A DNA stretch of 64,000 nucleotides, taken from assembly GCF_001949145.1 (NCBI RefSeq), contig NW_019091357.1, positions 3,293,078-3,357,077 of the forward strand, given 5' to 3'. Numbering within the stretch: position 1 is the first letter of the stretch; each line of letters opens with the position of its first letter. The translations under genes and the position numbers were made by a program. The notes beneath the pieces were generated by a model. It was given only the letters and a program-made list of their open reading frames with translations. It had not been told where the DNA came from and did no database searches. This stretch comes from Acanthaster planci. Its lineage: Eukaryota. Positions 1-13,122 of the stretch are shown here, piece by piece.

Positions 1-3000
1 ACCGACGACGCCTCCATCTCCCGCAGGTACACGTCGATGAAGTCCCGCGGGTGCTCCGGGTCGAAATCTTTCTTGTGCTCCTCCAGGACGTCCCGCGTGA
101 ACTCGCAGATGAGCTTGAGGTTCTCGCCAGTCTCCCGGACCGGGGGCAGGAACCGGGCGAAGACGTGGGCGCCGGGTAAGACCTGCAGCGCTCCCGTCAC
201 GCCGCCGATCAGCTGGATGTTGCGGTAGATCGCCCCGAGCAGCCGCTTGAATTGCGGGTCATCGTAGTCGTAACGAGTGCCAAATACCACCTTGCAGATG
301 ACGTTGGACACGGCATTGGCCATCAGGACGTAGGGGCTGAACGGCCGGCCCTCGTGTTTAGCCACTTCTGTCAGCAGATGGCCAGCTTCCACTGCCACCT
401 GGTCTTCAAAGTCAGTTCTGTTTAAGCCAAAGTCCCTCATGAAGGTCATGGCGATCCGTCGCTGGGTCTTCCACGCTTCTCCAGACGAAAATGCAACTCC
501 TGTGTGTCAAGAAAATATGTTCCAATTTGAGCCGCCATGTCACTAAAATGCGCAGCGCCATAAAATAAAATACCGTCGGTACTCCAAAATGTTTCGTTTG
601 TGTACCCAAAGAAAATTATAAACGTTCATCATTTGCATAGTATTTTGAAGCTTCCACCTGCATTACCGTCATTAACGGGCGAGTTCAAGAGACAAACATG
701 CACTTGAAGACCACTTGTCGAATTTCCCAGATAACTGGTAGGCGGCCCGCTATACAACATAATAATTCATGTACTAGGTACCGGTCAAAATTGATCCGTG
801 ATTGATAGATGGTCGTTTCCCTAAATCGGAGAACAAATGATTAACTGCAGAATGATAAATGTCGACCTATAATTAAGACTTCTTCGAAACAAATCTCTAA
901 GTATATGTACCGGTAGATAATGGGGAAACAGCTTACCCCTGACAAGAGTCAACGATATTTAACACAGGAACTTAATTCATCAGTTTCTGCTCAGTCTCCA
1001 AAAATCGATTACGTGCGTGTATACTCACTGCAGGAATAAACACATGTCAAGCGTACCTGCGCCATCCAAAACATGTTTGAGTATCTTAACAGATGGTCGA
1101 TCGCAAATGAACTTGTTGTGGAAAGCTTCTTTGATTGTCTCGGCGCCGTGCAGGATGACAAGGCTCAGCCCCACAAGACCCACAGAATATACCGGTCCGT
1201 AAGTTTTGTAGTAACTGAAGTGACAAAAAAAAAATCCATTTTACACAACCCCTGAACAAATCTGATCGGTAGCTCATTGACAGCGTTGTCTAAGTATCAC
1301 ACGGAGAAGGAAATTATTGTCACTAAAATGCTAACAATTTCTTTATTACCAATGACACAAGATGGGCTCTGGGAGCAAAAAAAGTTCTGTCACCAAATCA
1401 AGGTAACTTTTTTCCGATGATGGTGGCCAATAGTTGCAAACGTAAGTCAAGCTTATTTTGTGACAGCGCTTTTGATCCCGGTCAGTGTCAATCTGTACCG
1501 ACCTGAAGTGCATGTTTACCGGCAAAGAAAGGACAAGATGGTGGGACGTTTTCCAACCGGACCTGTGCACATACACGTCGCACACCTGAAGTACTGTACA
1601 TCTGAAACCTAAAGCCATTCTGGGTACATACTGTAGTGAATTGCGTGCGATGCTGAATACGTACTTCGTGAGTCACTGTTGTTTTGGAATCTAAAAGATT
1701 TCCATTTTAAATGTGACATTTTAGAATTTCGCCGACGGAGATCTTTTATAGTGCGTTTGTCTCCAACACATCGGCAAAACTTTGCCTGTTGATTTAGTCG
1801 GGTGCCGTCTCGTTACGGTAGACCGCCATTGTTTTGAATGGGAGCTTTCTGTCTATGTGTTTATTTATGTCTTTCGGAACTACCGATCTCCTTCTACACA
1901 GAGTTTTATTTTCTTTTTGTTTACCAACGTTTGCAGAAGGTTTGCAGAATTTCACCCTGGTTCGCAACATACAACCTTTGCCCCCAAAAGCACTTTAGTG
2001 TTCTCGGTGTTAACATGGGAGGTGACAATGTAGTAGATGCATTCGTTATTTAGCGTTTTCATTGTAGCTTGAAATGATTTGAAGCTTTGTGAATTACTCT
2101 TTTGATTTGTATTCGCGGCCACCCACAGTCTTACCAACCACTGGCTATAGCCAAAAAATGCTTTTTGTGATGTAGCAACAGAAAAACCTATAATAAGGAA
2201 ACAAATTGAATGTGCTTGGCCTTATGAACGCTGATAATGACCGCACCGAGGTTTTAAATATAATAATTTATTTGTTTTTTAAGCAACCCTGAATAGCCAT
2301 TTTATGGTCTCCTCCACGTTTGTAAACGCTATCCTTATATGGAGATAAGGGCACTCGCAGCCGCATACTGCATGAGGTGCCGGTCTCGCACAACTAGCTG
2401 GTATTATATCTGCCTTTCAAGGTCATTCACGTTATGGGCTTTCGACCAATGGGAGTGGTTAAACTGTCTTAAGGTATTTACGAATAGGTACTAATGGGTG
2501 GTGACACCACCCATTGATCTCCATCAAAATATCTCAGTGGCTCTATCACACTCGACGTTATGCACCTACCTCGTTCCCATGGGTACGATCTTGCTGCGCC
2601 ATGTTGGTTCCCAAAACTGCACGATAAAGTCGGGGGTTGGTTATGCCTGTTCTCTCGAAAACACTCTATTTTGGTGTCAGAGATATATCTTGCGCATGCG
2701 TACTGAGGCCCGTGAACGGCAAAAGTAAGGTTTCCTGAGTCACATCGGATAGTGGCTACCACGCGCACAGCTATAACGAAGAAGCTCCAGCCATTAGCTG
2801 GGGGCAATTTGTGGATGCATGTTCTTTACAGTCCTTGCCGAGACATTTGGAGGCAGGTTAATGAGCCAGCGCAGTATTCAACAGCGCATGCCCAAAATGA
2901 AGCTCGTCGGCAAGGTCAGTCCTATCAGCGCCAACCTCAAGTCTACGGGCTACATGAAAAAAAATCATCGCCATTTGACAAGGAGGAGAAAGTTTTTAAC

Positions 3001-6000
3001 ATGCTTTTCGGTTCAAGATTATTTAAGTCACGTGAAAAAAATAACGTGACGATGTGAGGTAGGGTTAAGCACGGCTTTCTAATCAGACCATTTTCAACCA
3101 GACAACCTTTGTGACATTCTCATAAATCAGTCGCCGTTACATTCACTGCATGTATGTGGAGCCCAGCCGGTCGACGTACTTTAACTTGGAGACTAAAAAC
3201 TATGGTGTACTATTTACGACACACATTTCTCTTTCTCCCTAGCTCCCACCAGGCGACGCAACTACACCACGCGACGGCACGACAGCTCCCTTGCGTCGTG
3301 CCGTCGGGTTGCACCGTCGCCTTCTTGCCGTTACTTTTGTACACACACGACACGTCGCGTCGTGCGTCGCGTCGTGCCGTCGCCTGTCGCGTTGTGCTGC
3401 CTTAGGTCCTTTCCATGTTGCATTTTTGCCGCCTAAACGTCGCCCCTTCGCGTCGTACCGTCATGCGTCGCGTCGTGCGTTGTGTCGTGCATCGCATCGC
3501 CTATTACGTTGACTGAATTACGACGCGACGCACGACGCGTCGTGTGCTGTTGCCCTTTGCTTTTTGGTGTTTACAGAGGGCGCCTTTACTGTTTTCTTTC
3601 ATTTCCACCCCCCCCGTACTTGCATAGTAAGGTACAGTCCACTAATTCAAGCTCCATTGAAAACAGTGTAAAATCGGCACTGTTCAGGGCCCAATAACAT
3701 GGATACCAACATCCTTGAGTTGCTGAAACACAAATGAAATTATTGTCTGGTCCCTAATCTTTCGATTTTTTTTCAATTTATTGTGGGCTAACCAATTACA
3801 TTTTTAATTATTCCAACAAAACAAAATCACCCCCGAAAAGTGAGTTTTCCTAAGTCTGATTGCAGCCATTTTTCAAGTGGCAACCCTCAATCTTCTCGGC
3901 CACTTAGGACCATTTTTCAGTTGTAGTTTTTAGCCATTCTGCTCTCATAGGATAGCTCAAAGATCCAGGCAGTTGATCCTGGCAGCGATTTACACAATCT
4001 CACCATTTCAGGGGCCAAACAATCCCCTTTTTTTCAGAAAAATGCTGGGCTGCTACTTTTAATGCTAATGAGCTGACCAGAAATTCTCACTTAAATAGTG
4101 GATTGCACGCACCCAGTACATGGCATTCGCTCTTTGTACGCTGCCGCCATGGGCATGTAGAGCCTTGAACTGACAGCTTTTGAAATATTCTCCAATCGTA
4201 TTGTATAGATGGTAGAAGAACTAACGCGACATCATGTCTAAAATTACTTTCCAAAATACACGGAAAAAGCTGCCAGATCGAGGCTCTGCATGCCTATGGC
4301 GGAAGCGTACAAAGAGCGAATAGGTAGCAGGTCTTGTCTCTGTTGTTCTTTTTCATGCATGCTTTCTAACTGTGTGTTTTCATTAAGAGTGGGTTATTGA
4401 AGAAAAGAGTTTTTTTAATCGTAATGTAATTAGAAAGAGCGTCACGACCAACAATCAGCCTTGTCTCCAGGAAATAAATAACATGAGCCACAACGTTCTT
4501 TTAACTTTTCCTGCTCTAATTTTGATCTTCCTAATAATTATGTAATAGAATTGATTATGTTCCCCCACTTTTTGAAAACGACGGGCTTCTGCCATGTGCA
4601 GAGCTTTCCATGTCTGATATTTCTACATCAATATGAACATTTTCTTGGAGAGACTGAAGTTTTTCTGTAAGTATGCAGTGTCTGGCAAGGTACTTCTCAT
4701 TATAGATGGGCCAAGCTTCATACGTAAAATCTTTAATATTTGATGGAATTGCTCACTGAAATTTTTGATTCATGTTAATTCACCATTCAATTTTTAAATG
4801 GTTTCAGTGAGTTCAAGGTGTGACTGAGCAATCTAAAACTCCAGGTGTGAGACTGACCTTTTTAAACAAAACAGGGTTAAATTGGAAAACAATGTGTTAG
4901 TACAGTTGTAAATGAATTACAAGTGAAAAATGCTGATCGAGTTAAAAGAAACCCCAGCTATGCAGTTTTAACGACGCCGGTTCACAATCTGAAATATCAT
5001 TTTTATCATGTTACGCAATACTAGATCATTACACAACATGAACTGACAGTTTTAAACAAAATTGAGCTGTGAGTTGCAAATTTATGTACAGCCCAGGAGT
5101 GGAAAACCAATTTTAGTATCACGTACTGTCCCCCTATTACCTGCCCACACTGTCCCATAATATGTTTGGTTGTGACGTCATTTGCCGCATTTAAACCGAC
5201 ATAAATGACTCAGCATGGTTTAAATTATAGCGTAATTGTTGAAGGGTAATTGTTGCTGATTCCAACATGCAGTGCTTCTTTTCAATGACTTCCTGCACAT
5301 TATGCAAATATGCTTAATGGTCCATATTACCTGCACCTACCCCATGCTCATTTGAAATACCGAACTACATGTTTATCCTTAAAATGCTGGTTTCGAACTC
5401 GACCAGACAAGATCGAAAAGGTTTGCGAGACTAGATACTCAGGCTGTTTGAACATCACTTTACGGAGGTTAGGAAGAAGGTTCAGTTTTAGAGGCAGGAG
5501 GAAACCGGAGTACCAGGACAAAACCTGTGAGAGCGAGTATGGACTGGAAACCAAACGCACTTAAAGCCTGGGCCAAGCCGGGACTCGAGTCCCGGGCCTC
5601 ATTAGTACAAAGCGAGTATTCGCTACGTAGGCTAGCCCACTCGATCCCGCGGATCGAACTTTTCTAAGGTTGTTGCTTGAATTTGCCCAAGTTGTAGAAG
5701 GGTTTTAACCTGCTTTTCGGTTCAAGATTATTTAGGTAACGTGAAAAAAAATATAACGTGACGAGGTGAGGGAGGGTTAAGCACGGCTTTCTAATCAGAT
5801 CATTTTCAACCAGACAACCTTTGTGACATTCTCATAAATCATTCGCCGTTACATTCACTGCATGTATGTGGAGCCCAGCCGGTCGATGTACTTTAGCTTG
5901 GAGACTAAAAACAGAGAAAGAGAGACGGGCTGAGGTGTAGCACTGTATCTGTTGTCAAGTCTACATTATATTAGGACGCCCGACTTGTATTGTATTGTTG

Positions 6001-9000
6001 CTGAAATCATCACTCCTCGTCAATGCAAAAATCAGTTGGTTGGTGTGGTCTATAAATGACCGATTCCTGACTTTAACCAATTTATAATAAGTCACCAGAT
6101 AACTCTGGAGACTGTCACAAAAGAAAATAAATTCTCATCGATATGTGGTGATTTCAACATGATCTTAACGAATATTATTAGCTATTCACGAGAATGTTTG
6201 ATACAGGAAATTGTTGAAATAGTGTACAAATTACCTGAAAACAAAAGTGCAGGGCAGAATTAGTAACTAGTTAACTGATCAATGAAATTATTTGCTCAAT
6301 ATCCAAGCCCTTAACATACTTAATAAATTTATCAATCTCTTTGAGTATATTACCTGACCATAATGAAAATTGCTGTAGAGTTACTTCCATATTCAAGCCT
6401 GGCGGGACGGTAAATATATAACTATACGCCAATTTCAGTTTTAACCACATTTTCTAAATTCTTGAACAAATCATTTATAATCGTACAATCAAATTTATAA
6501 ACGATTGTAAGATTTTATCTGACAGTCAGTTTGGTTTTCACGAAAATCATTCAATATCTCATGCCATTATCCTCTTAATTGATAAAATTACAACTAATCT
6601 TATTTTGTCGAAATATTCCCCTGGAATATTTTTAGACCTCTCCAAGGCCTTTAATACCATTAATCACGACATTCTTTTGTCTAAATTGGCCTCTCTCCTT
6701 TAGAATGGTTCAAGAGTCCCCTCTCAAATCGCCCGCAGTTTGTATTTTGGGAAGGCTGTCGGTCCTCTCTTGCAAAGGTAGCTCATGGTGTCCCATAAGG
6801 ATCCATACTTGGACCTCTTCTGTTTTCTGTTTGCATGTAATGGTTCAATGAATCATCGGATCTATTTTCATTTTATTGCGTTCGCCGACGACACCAACCT
6901 TTTCCTTAGTCATGATAATATTGAGGTATTGGGAGAATGGAAACGGAATGAATCCATACATTGCTATTAAACTCGACAACGGGCTGGGTTTTACCGTTAT
7001 TATGCAAGAACTATCTTTAACAAGACAATTCGACATGAGGGCCCAAAGCTGTGGAACTCATTACATAATTCACTTACTGGCACCAGTAGCCTCTCCTCGT
7101 TTAAATTTAAATAAATTTAAATACACAAAATATTTATTATCTACATATTTGAATAACTGACTTATTGTTGGTAAATCACAAAAAATAAGGAAAACTCTAA
7201 CTACCCACTGCATGGTTCAAGAATTGTTTATTGTCACCTGAGTGCAGAAATTACTTACCACTGCCAGGGTTGCAATATTTCTCCATAACTTTTTAATGAT
7301 AACTTGCATGTATTAATGTACATCAACATGTACATGTATAACGTATAAAGCTTAATATTCTACACTACTTAATTTATGTCGGGATGCCTACTCGACAAGC
7401 TCTGCTCTTTGGGGCTCCCCATCCACATTTTGTTTTAAATACATCAATACCTGTATATTAATTATGTGGTAAAAAATGGAAAAAAAAAACACCAGACAAC
7501 CTTTGTGACATTCTCGTAAAACTGTTGCCGTTAAATTTACTGCACGTGTGTAGAATCCAGCCGTACCGTTCGACGTACTTTTTAAACACCTGTGATTATT
7601 AATCAACATTCTTTCATGCACTTTCTCACCGTGAAGTAGTCCGTTTTATTTCGATGTCACTGTAATGAAATTTTCCACCGATACGTAGCACTGTTGAAAC
7701 GCTTCAATGGTGTTGTGACTATATTTTGCAGAATGTGGACATTCGAAGGGCCTTAAAACAATAGCACACTAATGGTATACTGAGCTGATATGTAAAAAGG
7801 TTTGTTGGAGGGTTCCATGAAAAACTCTATTCATTGTTGCAATAGTGTCACGGAGGAAGGAGCACGTGCCTCCATAGGCGCCTCTGCCCATCCATTTGAA
7901 CGTATCGAAGTGTATACGACTAATAACGCACAAGCTGCTGTTCATTTGTCTCTATGGTGTCCCTTGAAGGGTGCAGTGCCCCAATTCAAGGAAAATTCTC
8001 CGCCTGGCGGAGGCATACAGAAAGTACCCCCCACAGATTCTTTCGAAAAGAGGGGTCTGTTTGGGCCAAGAAATGGTGGGATTGTGCCAGTATGGCCCGG
8101 GATCATCTCTGTAGATTCAGGGGCACCCATCTGGGGGCAAAGCAGACAAAAATGTGATTGAAAATTTGTCAGAAGAGCCCGAGGAACGTGAGGGATGTCA
8201 TTTGAAAAATGGCCGCTGAGAAGACTTGGGAACATTGACTTTTTTGGGGGGGGNNNNNNNNNNNNNNNNNNNNNNNNNATAGAGTTACTTCCGTATTCAA
8301 GCCTGGCGGGACGGTAAATATACCTATATATAACTATACGCCAATTTCAGTTTTAACCACATTTTCTAAATTCTTGATCAAATCATTTATAATCGTACAA
8401 TCAAATTTATAAACGATTGTAAGATTTTATCTGACAGTCAGTTTGGTTTTCACGAAAATCATTCAACATCTCATGCCATTATCCTCTTAATTGATAAAAT
8501 TCCAACTAATCTTGTTTTGTCGAAATATTCCCCTGAAATATTTTTAGACCTCTCCAAGGCCTTTGATACCATTAATCACGACATTCTTTTGTCTAAATTG
8601 GCCTTTCTCCTTTAGAATGGTCCAAGAGTCACCTCTCAAATCGCCCGCAGTTTGTATTTTCGGAAGGCTGTCGGTCCTCTCTTGCAAAGGTAGCTCATGG
8701 TGTCCCATAAGGATCCATACTTGGACCTCTTATATATACAGGTACATGTTGATGTACATTAATACATGCAAGTTATCATTAAAAAGTATACATGTATAAC
8801 GTATAACGCTTAATATTCTACACTACCTAATTTATGTCGGGATGCCTACTCGACAAGCTCTGCTCTTTGGGGCTCCCCATCCACATTTTGTTTTAAATAG
8901 ATCAATACCTGTATATTAATTATGTGGTAAAAAATGAAAAAAAAAAAAACAGACAACCTTTGTGACATTCTCGTAAAACTGTCGCCGTTAAATTTACTGC

Positions 9001-12000
9001 ACGTGTGTAGAATCCAGCCGTACCGTTCGACGTACTTTTTAAACACCTGTGATTATTAATCAACATTCTTTCATGCACTTTCTCACCGTGAAGTTGTCCG
9101 TTTTATTTCGATGTCACTGTAATCAAATTTTCCACCGATACATAGCACTGTTGAAATGCTTCAATGGTGTTGTGAATATATTTTGCAGAATGTGGAAATT
9201 CGAAGAGCTTTAAAACAATAGCACACTAACGGTATACTGAGCTGCTTTGTAAAAAAGTTTGTTGGAGGGTTCCATGAAAACTCTATTCACTGTTGCAATA
9301 GTATAACGGAGGAAGGAGCACGTGCCTCCCTAGGCGCCTCTGCCCATCCATTTGAAAATATCGAAGTGTATACGATTAATAACGCACAAGCTGCTGTTCA
9401 TTTGTCTCCATGGTGTCCCTTGAAGGATGCAGTGCCCTAGTCAAGGAAAATTCTCCGCTTGGCGGAGGCATACAGAAAGTACCCCCACAGATTCTTTCGA
9501 AAAGAGGGGTCTGTTTGGGCCAAGAAATGGTGGGATTGTGCCAGTATGGCCCGGGATCATCTCTGTAGATTCAGGGGCACCCATCTGGGGGCAAAGATTG
9601 AAAATTTGTCAGAAGAGCCAGAGGAACGTGAGAGATGTCATTTGAAAAAGGCCGCTGAGAAGACTTGGAAAAATTGACTTGGGGGGGTGAGTTTGTTTTT
9701 GGCGGATAATTAAAAAATTCATTGGTTAACGTACTAAAAATTGAAAATCAAANAAGGACTGTGCACTCCCCTCCTCCCGGCACGCACCCTTCCCAAATTT
9801 GACCCTACTTATCCTATCGCGTTACACCTATTAAGTGAGAAGTGAGGCCATGCCGAAACTATTTACATTACATTTTGTTGGGGAAAACGCACTGTGAAAG
9901 GTACTGATATCCTTTTCATAAGGCCAACCTATTTAAAATGCTCGCGCTAAAAGGTTTGTGACATTGGAGGGACAAGGCAGTAGTTTGCAAAAGCTTCGGG
10001 ACTGGTTCGGACATTATTTTACAACTCAAATGGACAACGACTTAGACCTGATTTGTTGAATCTGCTCATTGTTTCAACCATTTCAACAGCGCAAGGAAAT
10101 ATCCCCAACTAGTCGCATTAGTTGGGTCAAACCATGCAGTCTGGAAAAATGAATTACAGTTAGACGGTGTTATGGTAAATTTCTTCCAAACTAATGGGAA
10201 AAAATGGATCTGTGGCTACAGATCCTTTGGATTGCACTGTCGGAGCACCCAAGAAAGAGAACCGATACAAAGTGATATTAACAACGAACCAGTTTTACAA
10301 ACGTTTAATATTAAAGTGGTCTACCAAAGAGAATTTGCCGTGTGTTTCTTTGCTTTTTTTATATGCAGAAAAAAAGTCTGCTGAAATCAGTTATGAATAT
10401 ATTTAGGGTGTCTTTTTATTTAGCTGTTTTTTTAATCTCCATTCTTTGAAGGTACGGAATGTATTATTCTGCAGTTAATAGGTAGCAGCCACGCTATCTA
10501 ACTCAGTCTCCATCGCAGTGAAATTAGGCGTCTACATTGCCATGCATGCTGTTACGTGTAATATAAACACATCTGACGTGACGTGAGATCCAACAAAATG
10601 AGGAGCACGCGTTGAAAAAAGCTCATTTCATCGACGAAATCAAACTTTGAGTTTTACGCTGCAACTACCTCCCAAACCTTTTCTTTTCGGACGGAAAAAA
10701 ATTAATCATTAAAAAAAAAACGATCTGAACTGCAGTCTACCATGAAGAGTTTGGATCCTTTTCATCCGCTTGACCATTTGACTTCTTTCTTCATTTTGTC
10801 TGTTTTGTGTCCACGACACCACGCTGCGCGCTGTTTGTAATTCTTGTTGGTGTACCAGCACAATTTAGTTTTGTTTTGCAAACGCTGCACACGGTTGAAT
10901 TGTGTGTAAGGTAGTAAAAGTCATTATGTTCATCTAGGCCTACTTGTAAAAGATTTGATGCGGAGGCATCTGATAAAAGATCGGTTGCAGGGCAAATTTT
11001 GCCATAAAGGAGAGCAAACCTGGGCCGGGGGGTACACTAGTCGGAGGACGGCTGCGACGGAACGGTAGCAAGGGGCAACTAAACGAGAATGGAATGAAAA
11101 GACTAAAATGATGAGTAATATGGACATTCTATCGGTTGGTGTTAACTGTGGACTACGGCCATTCAACCCTTTGATGCCAATGTCGGAGCATAACACGGAC
11201 ACAACCGACACAAAGTGATACCAAAAAGCGAACAAGTTATACACACATAATAATGACTGCCTATCAAAAAGAAATCGCCATTTCACACATTTTTCTTTGC
11301 AAAGTTTTGGTCTTTCCTTACCGTGAAATCTTCATAATGGGTTGGTTAAGGGAGAGTGTCAACATACCTGAGACAATAAATTTTCCACTGGGGAGAGAGT
11401 TCGTAATGATACGCCCACTCTACTTATCTCTAAATGTGCCTTCAAATATGCATTCCCCAGACTAGTTACACTGTTCTTAGATCACATGATTTGAGGCAAC
11501 CCTTTGGCCAGCCACATCCAGCTCTAGAACGGTCTGGTGTCCTTGCTCCGCTGTCTCCAGTCATAAATAACATAGAGGTCCAGTCCACTAATTCAAGTCC
11601 CATTGAAAACAGTGTAAAATCAGCACTGTTCAGGGCCCAGTAGCATGCACGCCAACATCCCTGAGATTTCTGGAACACAAATTAAATTCTTGTCTGGTCA
11701 CCTATCTTTCAATTTCTTTTAAATTTTTTTGTGGGTTTACCAATTACATTTTTAACTATTCCCACAAAAAAAAATCACCCCCAAAAAGTGATTTTTCCGA
11801 GGTCTGATTGCAGCCATTCTTCAAGAGGCAACCCTCAACTTTCTCGGGCACTTAGGACCATTTTTCAACCGTAATTTTTAGCCCTACTGCTCTCATATGA
11901 AAGCTCAAAGACCCAGGGAGTTGATCCCGGCCACGATTCACACAATTTCATCATTTTGGGGGCCAAACAATCTCCTTTTTCAAAAGATACTGTAGGGGCA

Positions 12001-13122
12001 CTTTAAATGTTAATGAGCTGGCCAGAAATTCTCACTTGAATTAGTGGTCTGCACCCTAGAGGCGTTAAGAATCTCTTACTCAGCATTTTAATAGTCCAGA
12101 GAAGTCAAAGCTAAAATGCACTAAGAGGTTGAAGTTATTTGTGACCCGCTCTGTGAAAATGAGTCATAAGTCGCCAGAGCCACTTTTTGAGTTTTCATGT
12201 GTATTTGAAAGAGCAAATTGAGCTTTTTGTTTTAATGTATCACTCAGTTTGCCATCCTGATGAAAGTCGATACTCCATGGAGAAAAATGCTGTGGGTTCC
12301 TGTTGATTTGCACTACGCAAAATTCTTCTGAAGGACTTTTTACTCCAAAGCGGCTCTGATGAAAGTGAATACTCCATGATGAAAGATGCTTTGGGTTCCT
12401 ATTGAATTACACTATGCAAAATTATTCTAAAGGACTTTTTACTCCACTTTGCTTTTCGAATTGAGAAAGAATTTTGTGCGAAAATCAGAATCAGTTGTCT
12501 TTGAATATAATTATGTAGGTGGTCGTTTTATTTTTTCTGTTTTACAATACCCTCTTTCTAAGGCAACGAAATTGAAACATCCTTCAGCGTATTCACGGGG
12601 TACTTGTCACGCGATCCAACTTGACATCACAAGTTGATGTAAGTTCATTTTGTCGAGGAACACAAACTTCGTGTTTCAGTATTTCCCAACTTTCTTTTCG
12701 AACAGAAAAAAGAAGTCGAGAATTTGAACAGCAAGCTACACCAAGCAGTTTCAATCTCTCGCTACGCTTTGTTAGTTTCGTGCCCGAAGCATTACGAGCC
12801 TCACAGTGTTACGTAGTTCTTGACTGTATATCGACCCAAATTGATAAGTTTTGTGCAGCAAAAGTCTCACATGGTTGAATCGGGCAAAGTAATTCTGTGT
12901 CAAAAATAAGAAGAAGAAGAATAGTTTGCTTATCTACCTGTAAAAGATTTGATGTGGAGGCACCTGATAAAAGATCGGATGCAGGAGAAATCTGCTCGTG
13001 AAAGAGAACGTTCCTGGGCCAGGGGGCATATTGGTCGGACGGCGGCTGCGAAGAAGCACAAGCAAAGACAACAGAACGAGCACGACAGCAATGATGAGGA
13101 CCGTCGCTGATTCCATGGCCAT
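1..13122 (-). CDS. Cytochrome P450, CYP2 clan; 5' three coding exons, gene continues off the left edge
   Basis: Exons are 12938-13122 (MAMESATVLIIAVVLVLLSLLVLLRSRRPTNMPPGP, signal anchor plus PPGP hinge), 1057-1214 (YYKTYGPVYSVGLVGLSLVILHGAETIKEAF..DRP) and 1-499 (GVAFSSGEAWKTQRR with C-helix WxxxR; RDFGL; NAVSNVICKVVFGTRYDYDDPQF; DPEHPRDFIDVYL). All junctions are GT-AG with compatible phases (2, 1). The subfamily cannot be assigned by eye. Confidence 0.9.
2994..3200. repeat. Local dispersed repeat of about 205 bp, copy 1
   Basis: Near-identical to 5704-5911. The core ccagacaacctttgtgacattctc also occurs at about 7492-7585 and 8950-9045. Confidence 0.85.
3240..3548. repeat. CGTCG/CGACG-rich low-complexity, quasi-palindromic repeat
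   Basis: Repeated cgtcgcgtcgtgcg motifs, with complementary cgacgcgacg motifs at the ends. Confidence 0.6.
3629..4110 (+). mobile_element. MITE of about 480 bp, family A, copy 1
   Basis: Terminal inverted repeats (TIRs) ggtacagtccactaattcaag / cttaaatagtggattgcac. Colinear with 11575-12056. Confidence 0.8.
4125..4321. mobile_element. Short foldback MITE
   Basis: Imperfect inverted arms of about 55 bp: attcgctctttgtacgctgccgccatgggcatgtagagcct / aggctctgcatgcctatggcggaagcgtacaaagagcgaat. Confidence 0.75.
5440..5640 (-). mobile_element. tRNA-derived SINE (V-SINE-like core)
   Basis: B-box-like GGACTCGAGTCCC on the minus strand near 5581-5595, and a ggaggaaaccggagtacc core motif. The family label is inferred. 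Confidence 0.6.
5704..5911. repeat. Local dispersed repeat of about 205 bp, copy 2
   Basis: Near-identical to 2994-3200. Confidence 0.85.
6030..6930 (+). mobile_element. Decayed non-LTR retrotransposon (L2/CR1-group) endonuclease-RT fragment
   Basis: Remnant motifs across stops and frameshifts: CGDFN (about 6144), YxPISVL..FSK (about 6423), QFGF..NHS, IFLDLSKAF.TINHDILL, GVP*GSILGP and FADDT (about 6881). Confidence 0.85.
8030..8253 (-). mobile_element. Diverged partial relative of MITE family A (second copy at about 9480-9750)
   Basis: Aligns by eye to the reverse complement of about 11770-12000. Confidence 0.55.
8254..8278. other. Assembly gap (25 N)
   Basis: Run of N. Confidence 1.
8279..9690 (+). 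repeat. Near-identical duplicate of 6377-8253 directly after an N gap
   Basis: 8279-8731 matches about 6377-6819, and 8790-9690 matches about 7332-8253. The two copies are separated by the N run at 8254-8278. Confidence 0.9.
10944..11127 (-). pseudogene. Frameshifted duplicate of CYP exon 1
   Basis: The ATG gives MSILLIILVFSF. In a different frame it reads RRSRPPTSVPPGPGLLSFMAKFALQPIFYQMPPHQIFY followed by a GTAGGC donor, paralogous to 12938-13122. It is 184 bp from ATG to donor, versus 185 bp in the intact copy. Confidence 0.8.
11575..12056 (+). mobile_element. MITE family A, copy 2, flanked by TA and nested in another repeat
   Basis: TIRs ggtccagtccactaattcaag / cttgaattagtggtctgcacc, with TA on both sides. 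The host repeat (11310-11574 plus 12057-12130) has an uninterrupted homologue at about 40030-40230. Confidence 0.8.
12139..12447. mobile_element. End of DNA-transposon/MITE family B, with an internal tandem duplication of about 100 bp
   Basis: ttgtgacccgctctgtgaaaatgagtcataagtcgccagagcc matches the TIRs at 53755 and 54430. The internal duplication is 12257-12350 / 12356-12447. Confidence 0.65.
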
